From: Octopus sinensis
Lineage: Eukaryota
Length of the DNA: 64,000 nucleotides
Direction of reading: 5' to 3'
Assembly (NCBI RefSeq): GCF_006345805.1
Contig: NC_043018.1
Span: 24,676,001 to 24,740,000, forward strand
In this document: positions 26,446 through 36,914 of the stretch, piece after piece
Layout of the letters: each line of letters starts with the position of its first letter
How positions within the stretch are numbered: the stretch's first letter is position 1
The notes under the pieces: model-generated
The model's database searches: none
Seen by the model: only the letters and a program-made list of their open reading frames with translations
What the model was told of the DNA's origin: nothing
Translations under genes and position numbers: made by a program

Positions 26446-26720
26446 TCCCTCTCCCTCTCTCTCTCTCTCTCTCTATTTCATGTTCTATTCACTGTTAATG
26501 TTCTTCTCTCCATCTTCCTCAGGTGATTGCTGCTGAAGGTGAACAGAGGGCCTCTCGTGCCTTGAAGGAAGCTGCTGACATCATGTGCGAGTCACCTGCC
26601 TCTCTGCAACTCCGTTACCTCCAAACCCTCAACACAATCTCTGCCGAGAAAAACTCCACCATCATATTCCCGCTACCCATTGAGGTTATGAGGAACTTCA
26701 TGCAGCCTCAGTCCCACTAA
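5077..26720 (+). CDS. STOM: Spliced stomatin / band-7 (SPFH-domain, MEC-2/podocin-like) gene; 7 coding exons, 5'-partial, about 265 aa visible
   Basis: Joined exons read (D)[35 protein letters not shown]|[24 protein letters not shown]|[28 protein letters not shown]|[19 protein letters not shown]...RETISHLMQ|[19 protein letters not shown]|[26 protein letters not shown]|[18 protein letters not shown]...[21 protein letters not shown]. All introns are GT-AG with compatible phases. The symbol is a family-level call; orthology to vertebrate STOM versus NPHS2/STOML3 is not resolved. Confidence 0.96.
5758..5995 (+). mobile_element. Composite repeat: tRNA-like head + (AAT)n + Penelope-type tail with a hammerhead-like motif
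   Basis: A-box-like ATAGCATAGGGGTTAA and B box GGGTTCAATCCC at about 5760-5815; CTGATGA-A-GGCTG-loop-CAGCC-GAAA at 5907-5938. Confidence 0.65.
7150..8570. repeat. GGT/GAT-rich (7150-7620) and CAC/CAT-rich (8140-8570) degenerate trinucleotide tracts
   Basis: Direct inspection; source of His/Thr/Val homopolymer ORFs. Confidence 0.85.
9455..10648 (-). mobile_element. Decayed maT/DD37D-type Tc1/mariner transposon
   Basis: ORFs 10204..10521 (HTH region) and 9650..10186 ([46 protein letters not shown]) with 37 residues between the 2nd and 3rd catalytic positions; C-terminus ...[13 protein letters not shown] ends 9491; terminus TA|CAGGGTGCGATGGATAAATT at 10648; catalytic Asps mutated; other TIR not found. 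Confidence 0.9.
11619..11813 (-). mobile_element. Retroelement ORF1/gag-like fragment with CCHC zinc knuckle
   Basis: [22 protein letters not shown] = C-x2-C-x4-H-x4-C; isolated, no splice support. Confidence 0.65.
12065..12455 (-). mobile_element. SINE family A, full length
   Basis: Near-identical to 4575-4973. Confidence 0.9.
13511..15432. repeat. Tandem duplication (841-bp and 1090-bp units) with an internal 83-bp VNTR
   Basis: Offsets 841 at the 5' end (13513 vs 14354) and 1090 at the 3' end (14311 vs 15401); the 249-bp difference equals 3 extra 83-bp units in copy 2. Confidence 0.95.
16806..17242 (+). mobile_element. Non-autonomous Helitron
   Basis: A|TC...TCTATATAAACGGC 5' end, 3' ...GCTGCTAG|T; about 190 bp shared with 20537-20922. 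Confidence 0.75.
18551..18780 (-). mobile_element. Mariner-derived MITE
   Basis: Imperfect TIRs (AAGGCTACTGGAAAGTTCCT / AGGACCTTTTCAGCACCCCACCT) around a remnant of the mariner C-terminus ([15 protein letters not shown]). Confidence 0.6.
19122..19194 (+). CDS. STOM: Stomatin exon 3 (73 bp), [24 protein letters not shown](G)
   Basis: tttactttcAG acceptor, G|GTATGT donor, hallmark stomatin motif. Confidence 0.97.
19710..19934 (+). mobile_element. SINE family B nested inside a family A SINE, 9-bp TSD
   Basis: ACACCTTGG at 19701-19709 and 19935-19943; family A sequence resumes after the insert. Confidence 0.85.
20537..20922 (+). mobile_element. Non-autonomous Helitron
   Basis: A|TC start, subterminal GC-rich stem remnant (GCAACGCCGGG), CTAG|T end. 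Confidence 0.8.
21212..21294 (+). CDS. STOM: Stomatin exon 4 (83 bp), (G)[27 protein letters not shown]
   Basis: ttgtttgttacAG acceptor, GAG|GTATGT donor; includes the PCID Cys that corresponds to a palmitoylated Cys in vertebrate stomatin. Confidence 0.97.
21880..22275. repeat. Degenerate minisatellite (GGTACCTAGTT / AGGAGTACT motifs) in intron 4
   Basis: Repeated TGGTACCTAGTTAC and GTACTGTACTTCTCT. Confidence 0.75.
22445..22648 (+). CDS. STOM: Stomatin exon 5 (204 bp), SPFH core [19 protein letters not shown]...ISHLMQ
   Basis: ttttctttcAG acceptor, CAG|GTCATT donor; overlaps ORF 22463..22981. Confidence 0.97.
22675..23100. repeat. (CT)n-rich polypyrimidine tract in intron 5
   Basis: Pure (CT)n at 22675-22760 then degenerate CT-rich sequence. 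Confidence 0.9.
23287..23342 (+). CDS. STOM: Stomatin exon 6 (56 bp), [18 protein letters not shown](V)
   Basis: actcAG acceptor, GT|GTAAGT donor, conserved PWG.RVERVE motif. Confidence 0.96.
24058..24415 (-). mobile_element. Mariner-derived MITE in intron 6
   Basis: Minus strand encodes QKWQERW...AQGDYFK (mariner C-terminus); imperfect TIRs sharing AAGTTTCT. Confidence 0.6.
24614..24692 (+). CDS. STOM: Stomatin exon 7 (79 bp), [26 protein letters not shown]
   Basis: gtttgtcctacAG acceptor, AAG|GTAAGT donor; coiled-coil AEAEA motif. Confidence 0.97.
26523..26720 (+). CDS. STOM: Stomatin last coding exon (198 bp incl. TAA)
   Basis: Long CT tract + ctcAG acceptor; [11 protein letters not shown]...LQLRYLQTL...[12 protein letters not shown] oligomerisation motif; TAA at 26718-26720. 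Confidence 0.97.
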   Translation: MIAAEGEQRASRALKEAADIMCESPASLQLRYLQTLNTISAEKNSTIIFPLPIEVMRNFMQPQSH

Positions 26721-28510
26721 CCGGTCTGCTTACGGTAGACAAACAGAGCAGTGAGCAGTGATGGTGATCACTATACCCACCACTGCAGAAACAGAGAAAG
26801 GACGGGGGTTATGTAGGATGCATGAAGAGCGAAGTGGGGGTGGGGGTGGAGAGAAAGGAAACTTTCTTTTCTTTTTTTTTTTTTTTTTTTTTTTCCAAAT
26901 TTGTTTTGCGATGGTTGGCAACAACCTGCTGCATTTGATGACAGCAGGGTGGGAGAGCTTAAGAATTGTCATGTGGTGTGATGTGATGTAGTGATGTTGA
27001 TGCAGCAGTGAGGAGTAGAGGAGGAGGAGGGGGCATTTTGAATGAACAAGTGGGAGTGTGGAGGGTGGAGCAAGGAAGGATTGAGAGGACAAGAGATAAA
27101 TGGGAAGTCAGTGAGAGAGAGAGAAAGAAAGGGCATGTCAGTGTGTGAAAGGAAGAGAGCAAGGTGAATGAGTGAAGGTGTGAGGTGGAATGGGTGAAAG
27201 TATGAAAGAATAAGAAAGAAAGCGAGAGTGTAGAAATGAAAGTGTGAATGCTGTTAGCGAAAGATAGACAGACAGACAGACAGAAGGGTTGGGGGTGGGA
27301 TTTTTTTCAGAAATAAATTTATATAATGATGGTGGGAGGGAAGATAAAAAAAAATAAGAAAAAAAATTAAACCTACAAAAAAAAATGAAAATAATTTTCA
27401 AAATTTAAAAAAAAAAAAAACTTCAAAAAAAGAATAACCAAACTTCTGAAACAATTTTTTGTCTTTTTTTTTTTTTTTTTGCATTTGTTGTTTAATTGCT
27501 TTAATTGCAGTTTTCATTTCTTCTCTGCTTCCACCATCACCGCCACCACTATCACTACCACAATGACGACAACTGCCACCACCACCACCACCGTTGCAGC
27601 CACTCTGTTTCTATCTGTTAAGATTCTCCGGAAATTTGAGTGGTGGAGGAACTGAGGGAGGGAGGGAGGGAGATTAGGCAAGAATGGTTGATTATTGTTT
27701 CCTTTTTTCTTTTCTTTTTAAGTTTCTAATTTAATTACAAATATAAAATCAATTACCTAATTGAAATAACTTTATTAACAAAATATTGTTTTTAAACATT
27801 TGCTTTATATATAGACATATACATTATATATATATATATATAATATATAAAGTATATATGCATGTATATGTATGTATAATATATATATATGTATGTATTA
27901 TATATGTTTATATAGTATTATACATATGTATGTATTATGTTATATTAATATATATATATATAATTATATATGATATATATATATATAGACACTCTATTAA
28001 TATTTATATGTATTAATTATTTGGTAACACTTGCAAAAACAGAAAGCAAAAGGAAAGTAATGATAACTCATAAGCATAATTAACGATGATAATCATTTCG
28101 GGCACAAGGCCACGAAACTATTATTACTATTACTACTAATAATACAACAATAATAATAATAACAACAACAACAATAATAATGATAATAAAGAAAATATGA
28201 TTAACAGTAATGTAAAAAAAAATAATGATGATTATTCATACCGCTAGCAATATTTATGATTATAACAATTATAATAATCATGATAATAATGGTGATGATA
28301 ATAATGAAATATAGAGCAAAATAATAATGGAAGACCTATTCTAGATTTCACAAAACTGATTTTATTAAGCAAAGAAAAACAATTTTTTTATAAATAAATT
28401 TCATATGAAATAAAAAATATATAAATATCAATAAAAAAAATATCATAAAAAATACAAGAAATTTTGATTGATATATAATTTGTATGTGTGTGTAATTAGA
28501 TATTTGTTTC
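26721..28510 (+). other. Putative long 3' UTR of the stomatin gene with candidate poly(A) signals
   Basis: SINE-free stretch after the stop codon; AATAAA at 27312, 28393 and 28430, followed by a GT/T-rich element at about 28478-28510. No transcript evidence available. Confidence 0.35.
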
Positions 28511-28519
28511 GTTAGATCT

Positions 28520-28760
28520 CATCTTCGTCATCATTTGACGTCACATCCGCTTTTCCATGTTTGCATGTTTGTTGAGGGTGCCTTTCCTGTCACCAACCCT
28601 CACCTGTTAATGAGTAAGGTGATATTTCCCCCACCCCCACAACCAGACATGTTTTTGTGGAAGATTGGAAACAGACACCACATGCTTTACAACTACCACA
28701 TAACATCATGGCAAGGAGGCATTAAAACACACCCACCATCATCATCATAATCAATGTTTA
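28520..28760 (-). mobile_element. Related (GAT)n-tailed retroposon 'family F'; also about 16340-16560, 34020-34240, 39590-39830
   Basis: Shared CCTTCCTGTCACCAACCCTCACCT...AAGGTAATATTTC...CAGACATGTTTTCATGGAAGATTGGAA block. Confidence 0.65.
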
Positions 28761-28804
28761 CTGTCTGTTTTCCAAGCTGGTATGGGTTGGATGGCTTGAC
28801 ATTA

Positions 28805-29039
28805 TATTTCTTTATTACCCACAAGGGGCTAAACACAGAGGGGACAAACAAAGACAGACAAACGGATTAAGTCGATTACATCGACCCCAGTGCGTAACTG
28901 GTACTTAATTTATCGACCCCGAAAGGATGAAAGGCAAAGTCGACCACGGCAGAATTTGAACTCGGAACGTAACGGCAGATGAAATACGGCTACACATTTC
29001 GCCCGACGTGCTAATGTTTCTGCCAGCTCACCACTTTTT
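28805..29039 (-). mobile_element. SINE family B with 15-bp TSD
   Basis: GATGGCTTGACATTA at 28790-28804 and 29040-29054. Confidence 0.88.
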
Positions 29040-30199
29040 GATGGCTTGACATTAGTCAACCTGGAGCTATAATAGGAGACACATGCCCAAGGTGCCACAC
29101 AGTGGGACTGAACCTGAGACCATGTGGCTGGCAAGCAAACTTCTTACCACACAACCATGTCTGCATCAATGATATGTATACACACATAATCTGTGTATAT
29201 GCATCCTGGTACTCCGCCAGTTAATATGACCAAGATTCCAGTTGATCCAATCAACAGAACACCGTGCTTGTGAAATTAATATCTAAGTGGCTGAGTACTC
29301 CACAGACATGCATACCCTCAGTGTTGTTCTCAGGGAGATTCAGCATGACACAGAATGTGACAAGGCTGGCCCCTTTGAATTATGGGTACAACTCATTTTT
29401 ACCAGCTGAGTGGACTGGAGCAAGATGAAAAAAAGTCTTGCTCAAGGACCCAATGTGTGGTCGAGAATTGAACTCATGAACTTAAAGTCGGGAGCCAAAT
29501 ACCCTAACCATTAAGCCATGCACCTTCACCTTGGATCTTGTGTGTGTCATTATTCATCATCATTGTTACAATGCTATTCCATGTTTGCATGGATCAGAGT
29601 AGAATTCTTTGGGGCTGAGTTTTTCTATAAACCAGAAACCCTTTCTGCTGCCCTCTGCCACCTGGAACAGCATCAGTCACAGTGAACTGAAAACAAATGC
29701 CCCGTTGTGCAGTGAGCCTTTTGTTTACAAAGATTGTGCAACAGGTCAAAGAACCTGGGCTTTCACAGTGGACTGCAAGCAAATGCCATCATTAGCAAAA
29801 CCATTGTTTACAACCAGTGAATGATCACATATGGAAACAATACACACATTCACACACATCATTATCATTATCGTCATCATCATCATTTAATGTCCCCTTT
29901 TCATGCTGGCATGGGTTAGATGGTTCAACAGTAATTAACAAGCCAGATGATGAAGCTGAGCTCCAGTGTCTGCTTTTGGCATAATTTTACAGCCGGGTGC
30001 CCTTCTTAATGTCAATCACTTCACAGAGTGTAATTGGGCAGTCGGTGTGTGTGGGGGGGCTTCATCAGCACTGATGAGGTCACATAGTACTTGCTAGACA
30101 AAACTCCCTCAACTGAATGCAGAACGGTATTGGGGGATATGAAAATATGGCAGAGAGACAGGAGCGGGTGTCTTGCTGAAGTGTTAAATGCATGGCTTT

Positions 30200-30600
30200 C
30201 CTCATCTGGAAAGAGAGATGCGAGATTAAGGTATAAGCTAAGAGATAATGGGGATAAGACAAAAACATACAGATTGGTATATATATATACCGGAGTAAAC
30301 ACAAATGTGAAACAAGGTGGAAAAAAGAGTACTCAAATACCAGGGGTAGAGTAATATGTTTTATTTAAAGGCAACAGAAATTCAACAAAACCTGTTGCTC
30401 GGAGTTTCACGTTCCGTTCGTCAGACAGTTTTGTTAAAATTTCTGCTGCTTTTAAATAAAGTATATATGTTTTCCCTTCTCTGGATCTTTCCTTCTCCTA
30501 TGTTTCCGACGAAGAGCCCCGCTCGAAACGCGTCCAATAATACTATATTTGTTCCATGTCCTCGCGTTGTTGTGTTTTTTTGTGCTTTCGTGTTTGGATT
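30200..30600. mobile_element. Penelope-like terminal repeat region with two oppositely oriented hammerhead-like motifs
   Basis: Minus-strand CTGT-CTGACGA-ACG-gaa-CGT-GAAA-CTCCGAGCA-ACAG at 30392-30428; plus-strand CCGACGA-A-GAGC-ccc-GCTC-GAAA-CGCGTC at 30506-30534. A related tail fragment is at about 20400-20495. Confidence 0.6.
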
Positions 30601-30603
30601 AAC

Positions 30604-30635
<32 letters not shown>

Positions 30636-32602
30636 CACAGTATCCACCAGACTGTCAAATGTTGTTATACTTTGCTGGTCACAATGTACTTTGCATTGTT
30701 TTAGCTTTTAAATGATGCCACTCCATGCCTAAGCAGGCAAGCAAACATTCCCCCCCTAATTGGGGGTATTCCATTACAGTGTTTACCCATTTACAGCTGA
30801 GTCAGCTGGAGCAGTGAGAAATGAAGTGTTTTGCTGAAGAACACAATGTGCTGCCAGGTCTGGGAATTGTATACATGATCTAGCAATTGGGGAATGCAGC
30901 ACCCTAACCACTGGGCTACACGCTTTCATATGGGTATATATATTTATATATGTATGTAGATGTGTGGGTGGTATATTATTAGGAGCCAATGCTAACTTGC
31001 TATGTATATATATATATATATATATCTTCCAGATCAAGACGAACCTGGTGCAGCCATCTGGTTCGCCAGCCGGCAGTCAAACCGTCCAACCCATGCTAGC
31101 ATGGAAAGCGGACGTTAAATGATGATGATATATATATATATACTCTCAAAAGTAAATAGACACCTTTCATTATATTGTTTTTACCTGTGTGGACACAATC
31201 TGCTACTTCAAACATGTTAATGTGTTATGAGCAAGGCATGTCTACTAAATATCGGATAAGTATTTAAATGCATCAAATTAACCTCTTTTTTTTCTAGAAA
31301 TAAATCTTTAAAAAATAACATGTGTGTCTATATGTATATATATATATATAGACACGTACACACAGTAAGTTTTGAAAATCACAAAATTGTGAAACCAGTA
31401 AAATAAACCTCTTTTTCTTGTGTACATATGACACAGATTTACAAATATTTACAAAGGAAAAAGGTGTCACCTACTTTTTTTTTTTTTTTTTTTGTAAGTT
31501 GTGTTAATATGAGACCTTTTGTGACTCAGGAAGCAGTTATGACTCATTCTTGAATATCATTGGTCTTTTTTTTTTCTCCACCAGGAATGTAATCAATTTC
31601 TTACATGCATTGGTCGATAGGGTGATGCCTCTATATTTTTCTGGTCCCTATAACCAGAGACCTTTAGAAAAAGTCATAAGAGCATCTTTTTTCCTTTCCT
31701 TTTTTTTTTTTTTAATTTTTTAAAATATTATTTTCTTTCTATTGTGGGTTGTAATTAATTTTCTAATTTAGAAACAAGGACAGCAATTTTGTGGGGAGCT
31801 GAACTAAATATTTTCGACCTCTGTACTTGACTGATACTTTATTTTAACCCTGAAAGATAAAGGGGAGAACTGACTTTGGTAGGATTTGACCTCAAAGTGT
31901 AAATGACTGGAGAAAATATCAGTATTTTGTCCATTGCACTTATGATCCTGACTACTGAGTGCAGAACATCAGTTCAGGTTTTACTTACAACATACCAACA
32001 CAATGGATGTTGTAGCAAGTTTGTTTGTCATTTAGACTACCTGGCTGACAAACCCAGGTAGATGATTCCACTTCAGTATTGTATAAGTTAATGAGAAAAA
32101 CAAAGAAATGCAACAGCTGAAAAACAAAGCAAGACATCTGGTGTTTTACTTGTTTGGCAAGTAAATTGATTTGATCTGATCTGAGCCGAGATTGAGAGCA
32201 CATCTTAAAACCTTAACAAATACATTAGAAAAAGAATTTCGCACATACAACAAACACACACACATATGTGTAAGCATGCGTGTACACATGCCATTGTGTG
32301 TTCAATTTTGTTTTGTTTCATGTTAAGACTACTCTTACTTTCACAAGTTACTCTTTGATGCAAAACTGTTTTGAAAATGTTCATATCAAAACCTAAATTA
32401 TAAACTTCTCATTGTAATTTGATTTTACAAAAACCTGTTAAGTTTGTTCCTTAGCATCGGTTTAAACCCTTTTTGTGACCACATTCCTATCAAAATACAC
32501 TGATTTTGTTTTTTATAAAGTGACAAAAACTCTCACTAGACATCTGTGACTGGATCACTGACACATCCTTACCAAGTAAGAATGTTTTTTGGCTGGAGAA
32601 TA

Positions 32603-33010
32603 TTAACCCTTTAGCATTTAAACTGGTCATATCCATCCAAAATATTGTTTTATGCTCAAACTGGTTAGAGGTGGCCTTTCACTTCAATCCTACAATATCA
32701 TTCTAAAAATTAAGTTACCTCATTAAAATCTCAAAGCTATGAGATAATGCAGGATTAAATAAGCATTACATTTGACAGAATAATCTGAATGCTAAACGGT
32801 TAAACTAGCCATATCTAACCCAGATATTCTATTTTCTGTTCAAACCATCCAGATCCAGCCTCTCACACCTACCTTACAATGTCATTCTAATAATAAACAA
32901 TCTCATCATTGAAATCTTGAAGCAATGAGATAATGCAGGATTAATTCAAAAGAAGGTGGATTAAATAATCATCACTATTGGCAGAGTAATCTGAATGCCA
33001 AAAGGGTTAA
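32603..33010. mobile_element. Tandem pair of TTAA-flanked MITEs (piggyBac-like CCC...GGG ends); third copy at 12478-12695
   Basis: TTAACCCTTTAGCATT ... AATGCTAAACGGTTAA ... AATGCCAAAAGGGTTAA; shared internal CCAGATCCAGCCTCTCACACCTACC and AAGCATTACATTTGACAGAATAAT. Confidence 0.65.
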
Positions 33011-33069
33011 AGGGTTGTGTTCCTTTGAAACCTAAATTATTGTGGTATCTGGTCCTAACCCTTAATAGT

Positions 33070-33300
33070 GAAAGTGACACTTTTGAAACTATGTAGTGTC
33101 ATCCTGTGTAGGGATTTTTGTAGCTTTCAATGCCAGAATTTGGTACAAGTTCCTCAAAGACCTTCCAGGCATGTCACATCATATTTTTCTTGTCTTCACT
33201 TCAGGAAATAGTTTTAATTCTTTCAGTCTTTCCCAGTAACTCATCTGTTGTATCTAAGCCATCTTCTTGGTGTTGCAGCATTGGATTGCTTCAGATTGTG
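33070..33300 (-). mobile_element. CR1/L2-type LINE C-terminal fragment
   Basis: Minus strand MSYWERLKELKLF...AWKVFEELVPN. Confidence 0.75.
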
Positions 33301-36300
33301 ACATTAATTTCACACTAAGGGACAGAAGGGGGCCATGGTTTATAGCAGTAGTTAAATGTTAGATGTGCTATTTGCTTGCTTAAATGATTATTGTGGCTGT
33401 TTCAGGGTAGATATACATAAACATTAAAAAATTCCCCACTTCAATAATATTCAAATGTCGAAATTTGCATAAACCACTCTTTATATGGTAGCAAGGAAAC
33501 TATAAATAGAAAATAGTGATTTCTCAATGTAGGTTTGAAGGTCCATTTAATTGTTCCTACTGTTTTATTGGGAGGGTGTACAGCTTGGTGGTTAAGGTGC
33601 TGCACTCATGATTAGTGATTGCAGGTTCAATTCCTGGACTGGGCAGTGTGTTGTTTTGAGCAAAACACTTCATTCCACTTTGCTCTGGTGAGTGGGTGGT
33701 GAGAGTGACAGAATCATTGGAGTGTGGACAGAGAGACTTTATGGTAAATCTCCCTACTCTCTACATTGTGAGTTCAAATCCTGCTGTCCTGGAGAAGGCA
33801 ATGGGAAACCACTCCAGTATTCATCCGAAGCCTAGTTATGGTAGCCGAAGCTCCAGTAATCAACTTAAACAGTGGCAGGAGAGAGTACGGACCCTCCCAG
33901 TTAGCATATATAGTGCTAAAGAAGGTTCATACTCAAGTGCAGACCACCGCTAGACTGGACTGATTCATTACTGTACCCATGACAAACCTATCTTATATTT
34001 TTACAGAGTATCTAGAGACCAGCATCATCATCACGTCCACTTTTCCATGCCTGCATGGGTCAGACAAAATTCATTGAGGCAGAGATATTCAATGGCCAGA
34101 TGCCCTTCCTGTCACCAACCCTCACCTATTTCTTAGCAAAGTAATATTTCCCTAGGTTTAGACGTGTCTTTTTCATAAAGCATTAGAAAACGAACAATAT
34201 CCTTGCTAGTATGACGATAATGTTCATTTACCATGTCCGCTAAGTTCACTGTCCTCATTCAACAGGGAAACTTCACTGTCATCAATTCAAACCCTTAATA
34301 GTGAGATAATGTGGATATATTTTCTCAGTGAACTTTCTTCACAGTGAATTGATGGTGGTGAACTTTCCCTGTGGTGAGCTTATCTGTAATCCACTTTTAC
34401 AACCATCACATGATGTCTAGTCAGAAATACAAACACACAGACATTGGAGCTCAACACAGCCCCGCATCGCACTGGTTCCCTGTCAACCATCCAATCTATG
34501 CCAACATGGAAAGCAGATTTCAAATGGTGGTGATGATATATATAAATATAGATTTTATGATACGACCAGGAAAAATAAAACTCAAAATATGAGGATATTT
34601 TTATTAATATTTAGCAGAAACAAGAGTGGCCCAAGGGCCAAGAGTTTTGTGCATTGGCACTTTCACATTGTTTGATAAGTGCCAGTGCATGAAACTCTTG
34701 GCCCTTGAATCACTCTGTTGCTTCTGCTAAATATTTATATATATATATATATATTCGATGACTGGCATCCGTGCTAGTGGAGCACTAAGAGCACAATCCG
34801 AGCATGATCGTTGCCAGAGCGACTAACTGGCTTCCGTGCCAGTGGCACGTAAAAAGCATCATTCAAGCGTGATTGTTACCAGCATCGCTTTACTGGCACT
34901 TGTGCCGGTGACATGTGAAAAACATTCAAGCGAGGTCGTTGCCAGTGCTGCTGGACTGGCTCCTGTGCAGGTGGCACATAAAAAACACCATTTGAACGTG
35001 GCATGTAAAAGCACCCACTACACTCTTGGAGTGGTTGGCATTAGGAATGGTATCCAGCTGTAGAAACTCTGCTAGATCAAGATTGGAGCCTGGTGCAGCG
35101 ACCTGGTTCACCAGTCCTCAGTCAAATCATCCAACCCATGCTAGCATGGAATGCAGATGTTAAACGATGATGATGTATATACACACACACATATTTCTGA
35201 CACTCTGTCAGTTACGATGATGAGGGTTCTAGCTGATCTGATCTACTGAACAGCCTGCTCATGAAATAAACATGCAAATAGCTGAGTACTCCATAGACAC
35301 GTGTGCCCTAAATGTAATTCCCAGGGAGACTCAGCATGACACAAAATGTGACATGGCTGGCTCTTTGAAATACAGGTACTACACATTTTTTGCCAGCTGA
35401 GTGGACTGGAGCAACACGAAATAAAGCATCTTGCTCAAAGACACAATGTTCCGCCAGGAATTGAACTCATGACCTTACAATCGGGAACTGAATACCCTAA
35501 CCACTAAGCCACATGCCTTCACATGCACATATGACCAGCTTCTTTCAGTTTCCTTCTTCCAAACTCACAAGGTTACAGTTGATCTAGGGACATAGTAAAA
35601 GTCACTTGACCAAGATACTGCACAGGGAACAGTATGCAATAATGTAGCCAAGAGGAAGGCCCTGAAATGGTGTGCATTTGCTTCTGATAAATTCATAACC
35701 CTGCTGGTGTCTGATATGTTGAACATTCAACAGGTGGCACTTGTGTGTCTGCAAATTATATTTGTAAAAGTAAAATTCAGGAGAACTGAAACAGAATAAA
35801 AATATTCCGCTTCTGAAGTTTAATTATTATACACTTTACTATAATAATTCCTAGATTTTCTGCAGTATGGTGAAGTTAAATTAGATCCTAAACTCAACTG
35901 TTGTGTTACTTGATAGCCAAACCCTCTGTGGAGTGCTTACTGTGAGTTCTGTTTGATTTTCTGAATCCTTGTTTGTATTTGTGTGCATCACCACCATGCT
36001 GGCAAGAGTTGGACAGTTCGACAGGTGCTGGCTAGGCAGAAGACTGCACCAGGTTTCAGTGTCTGTTTTGGCATAATTTTCTATGGTTGGATGCCTTTCC
36101 TAACAGTGACCACCATGCAGAGTGGACTGAGCGATTTTTATGTGGCTCCAGTATATATGAGGTTTACTACAGCTGTTTTGAACCTGTTTTTTTCTTTATG
36201 AACAGATCAATTACATCATGTAAAAAAAACCTGTTTTCTTCAGGTGAATTAATAGTAAAATTTAACATTTAGGATTTTTCACACAAATAGTATATAATGC

Positions 36301-36560
36301 ATATTGACCCTCTCATCTTGGTGTCAGCTCAGAGGGTAATCCTATCAGATTTTGAAAATTTGTATGTATATACATGATAAATCGTTAGCTACTATACACA
36401 TTTTTTTTCTCTCCTTGTTTTTTTCTGTGTATCTTTCTGTAGAAGAGCATAGGCTCAAAACATAAAAGACTTTTTCTATTCCTGAGTGCTATACTAATAC
36501 ATCTGTTTGTTTGTACACCACCTGCCTTCGTCTTTTGTTTATTTTTGTAAACTTTCCCTT

Positions 36561-36595
<35 letters not shown>

Positions 36596-36914
36596 TAAAG
36601 ATTCAAATGATAGAATCAACAAAAAAATGTTCTCCATCCAATGAGTTAGATCAATTTAAATAGACAACTGAAAGAGCTACTAATAGTTCCATGCTTTTAT
36701 GGTACTTGAACATGCATATTTATAATCTTTAAGCTACATGCTATATTTTATAAATTTGCCTGTTCAAGTATCATAAAAGAATGAAACTATTTGCATCTCT
36801 TTCAGTGGTGTATTTGAATTGATACACACACACACACATATATATATAATGTGTCCATTTGCATATGCATGTATATACATGTGTGTCTATGCATATGGAA
36901 ATTGTAGCTGTGAT

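Noticed and set aside
26690-26700. Alternative donor GAG|GTTATG after FPLPIE giving a longer C-terminus
   Set aside because: Weak donor and no downstream exon found; the frame ends normally at TAA 26718
29560-29830. Unique-looking segment with short ORFs on both strands
   Set aside because: No homology or splice evidence I can recognise
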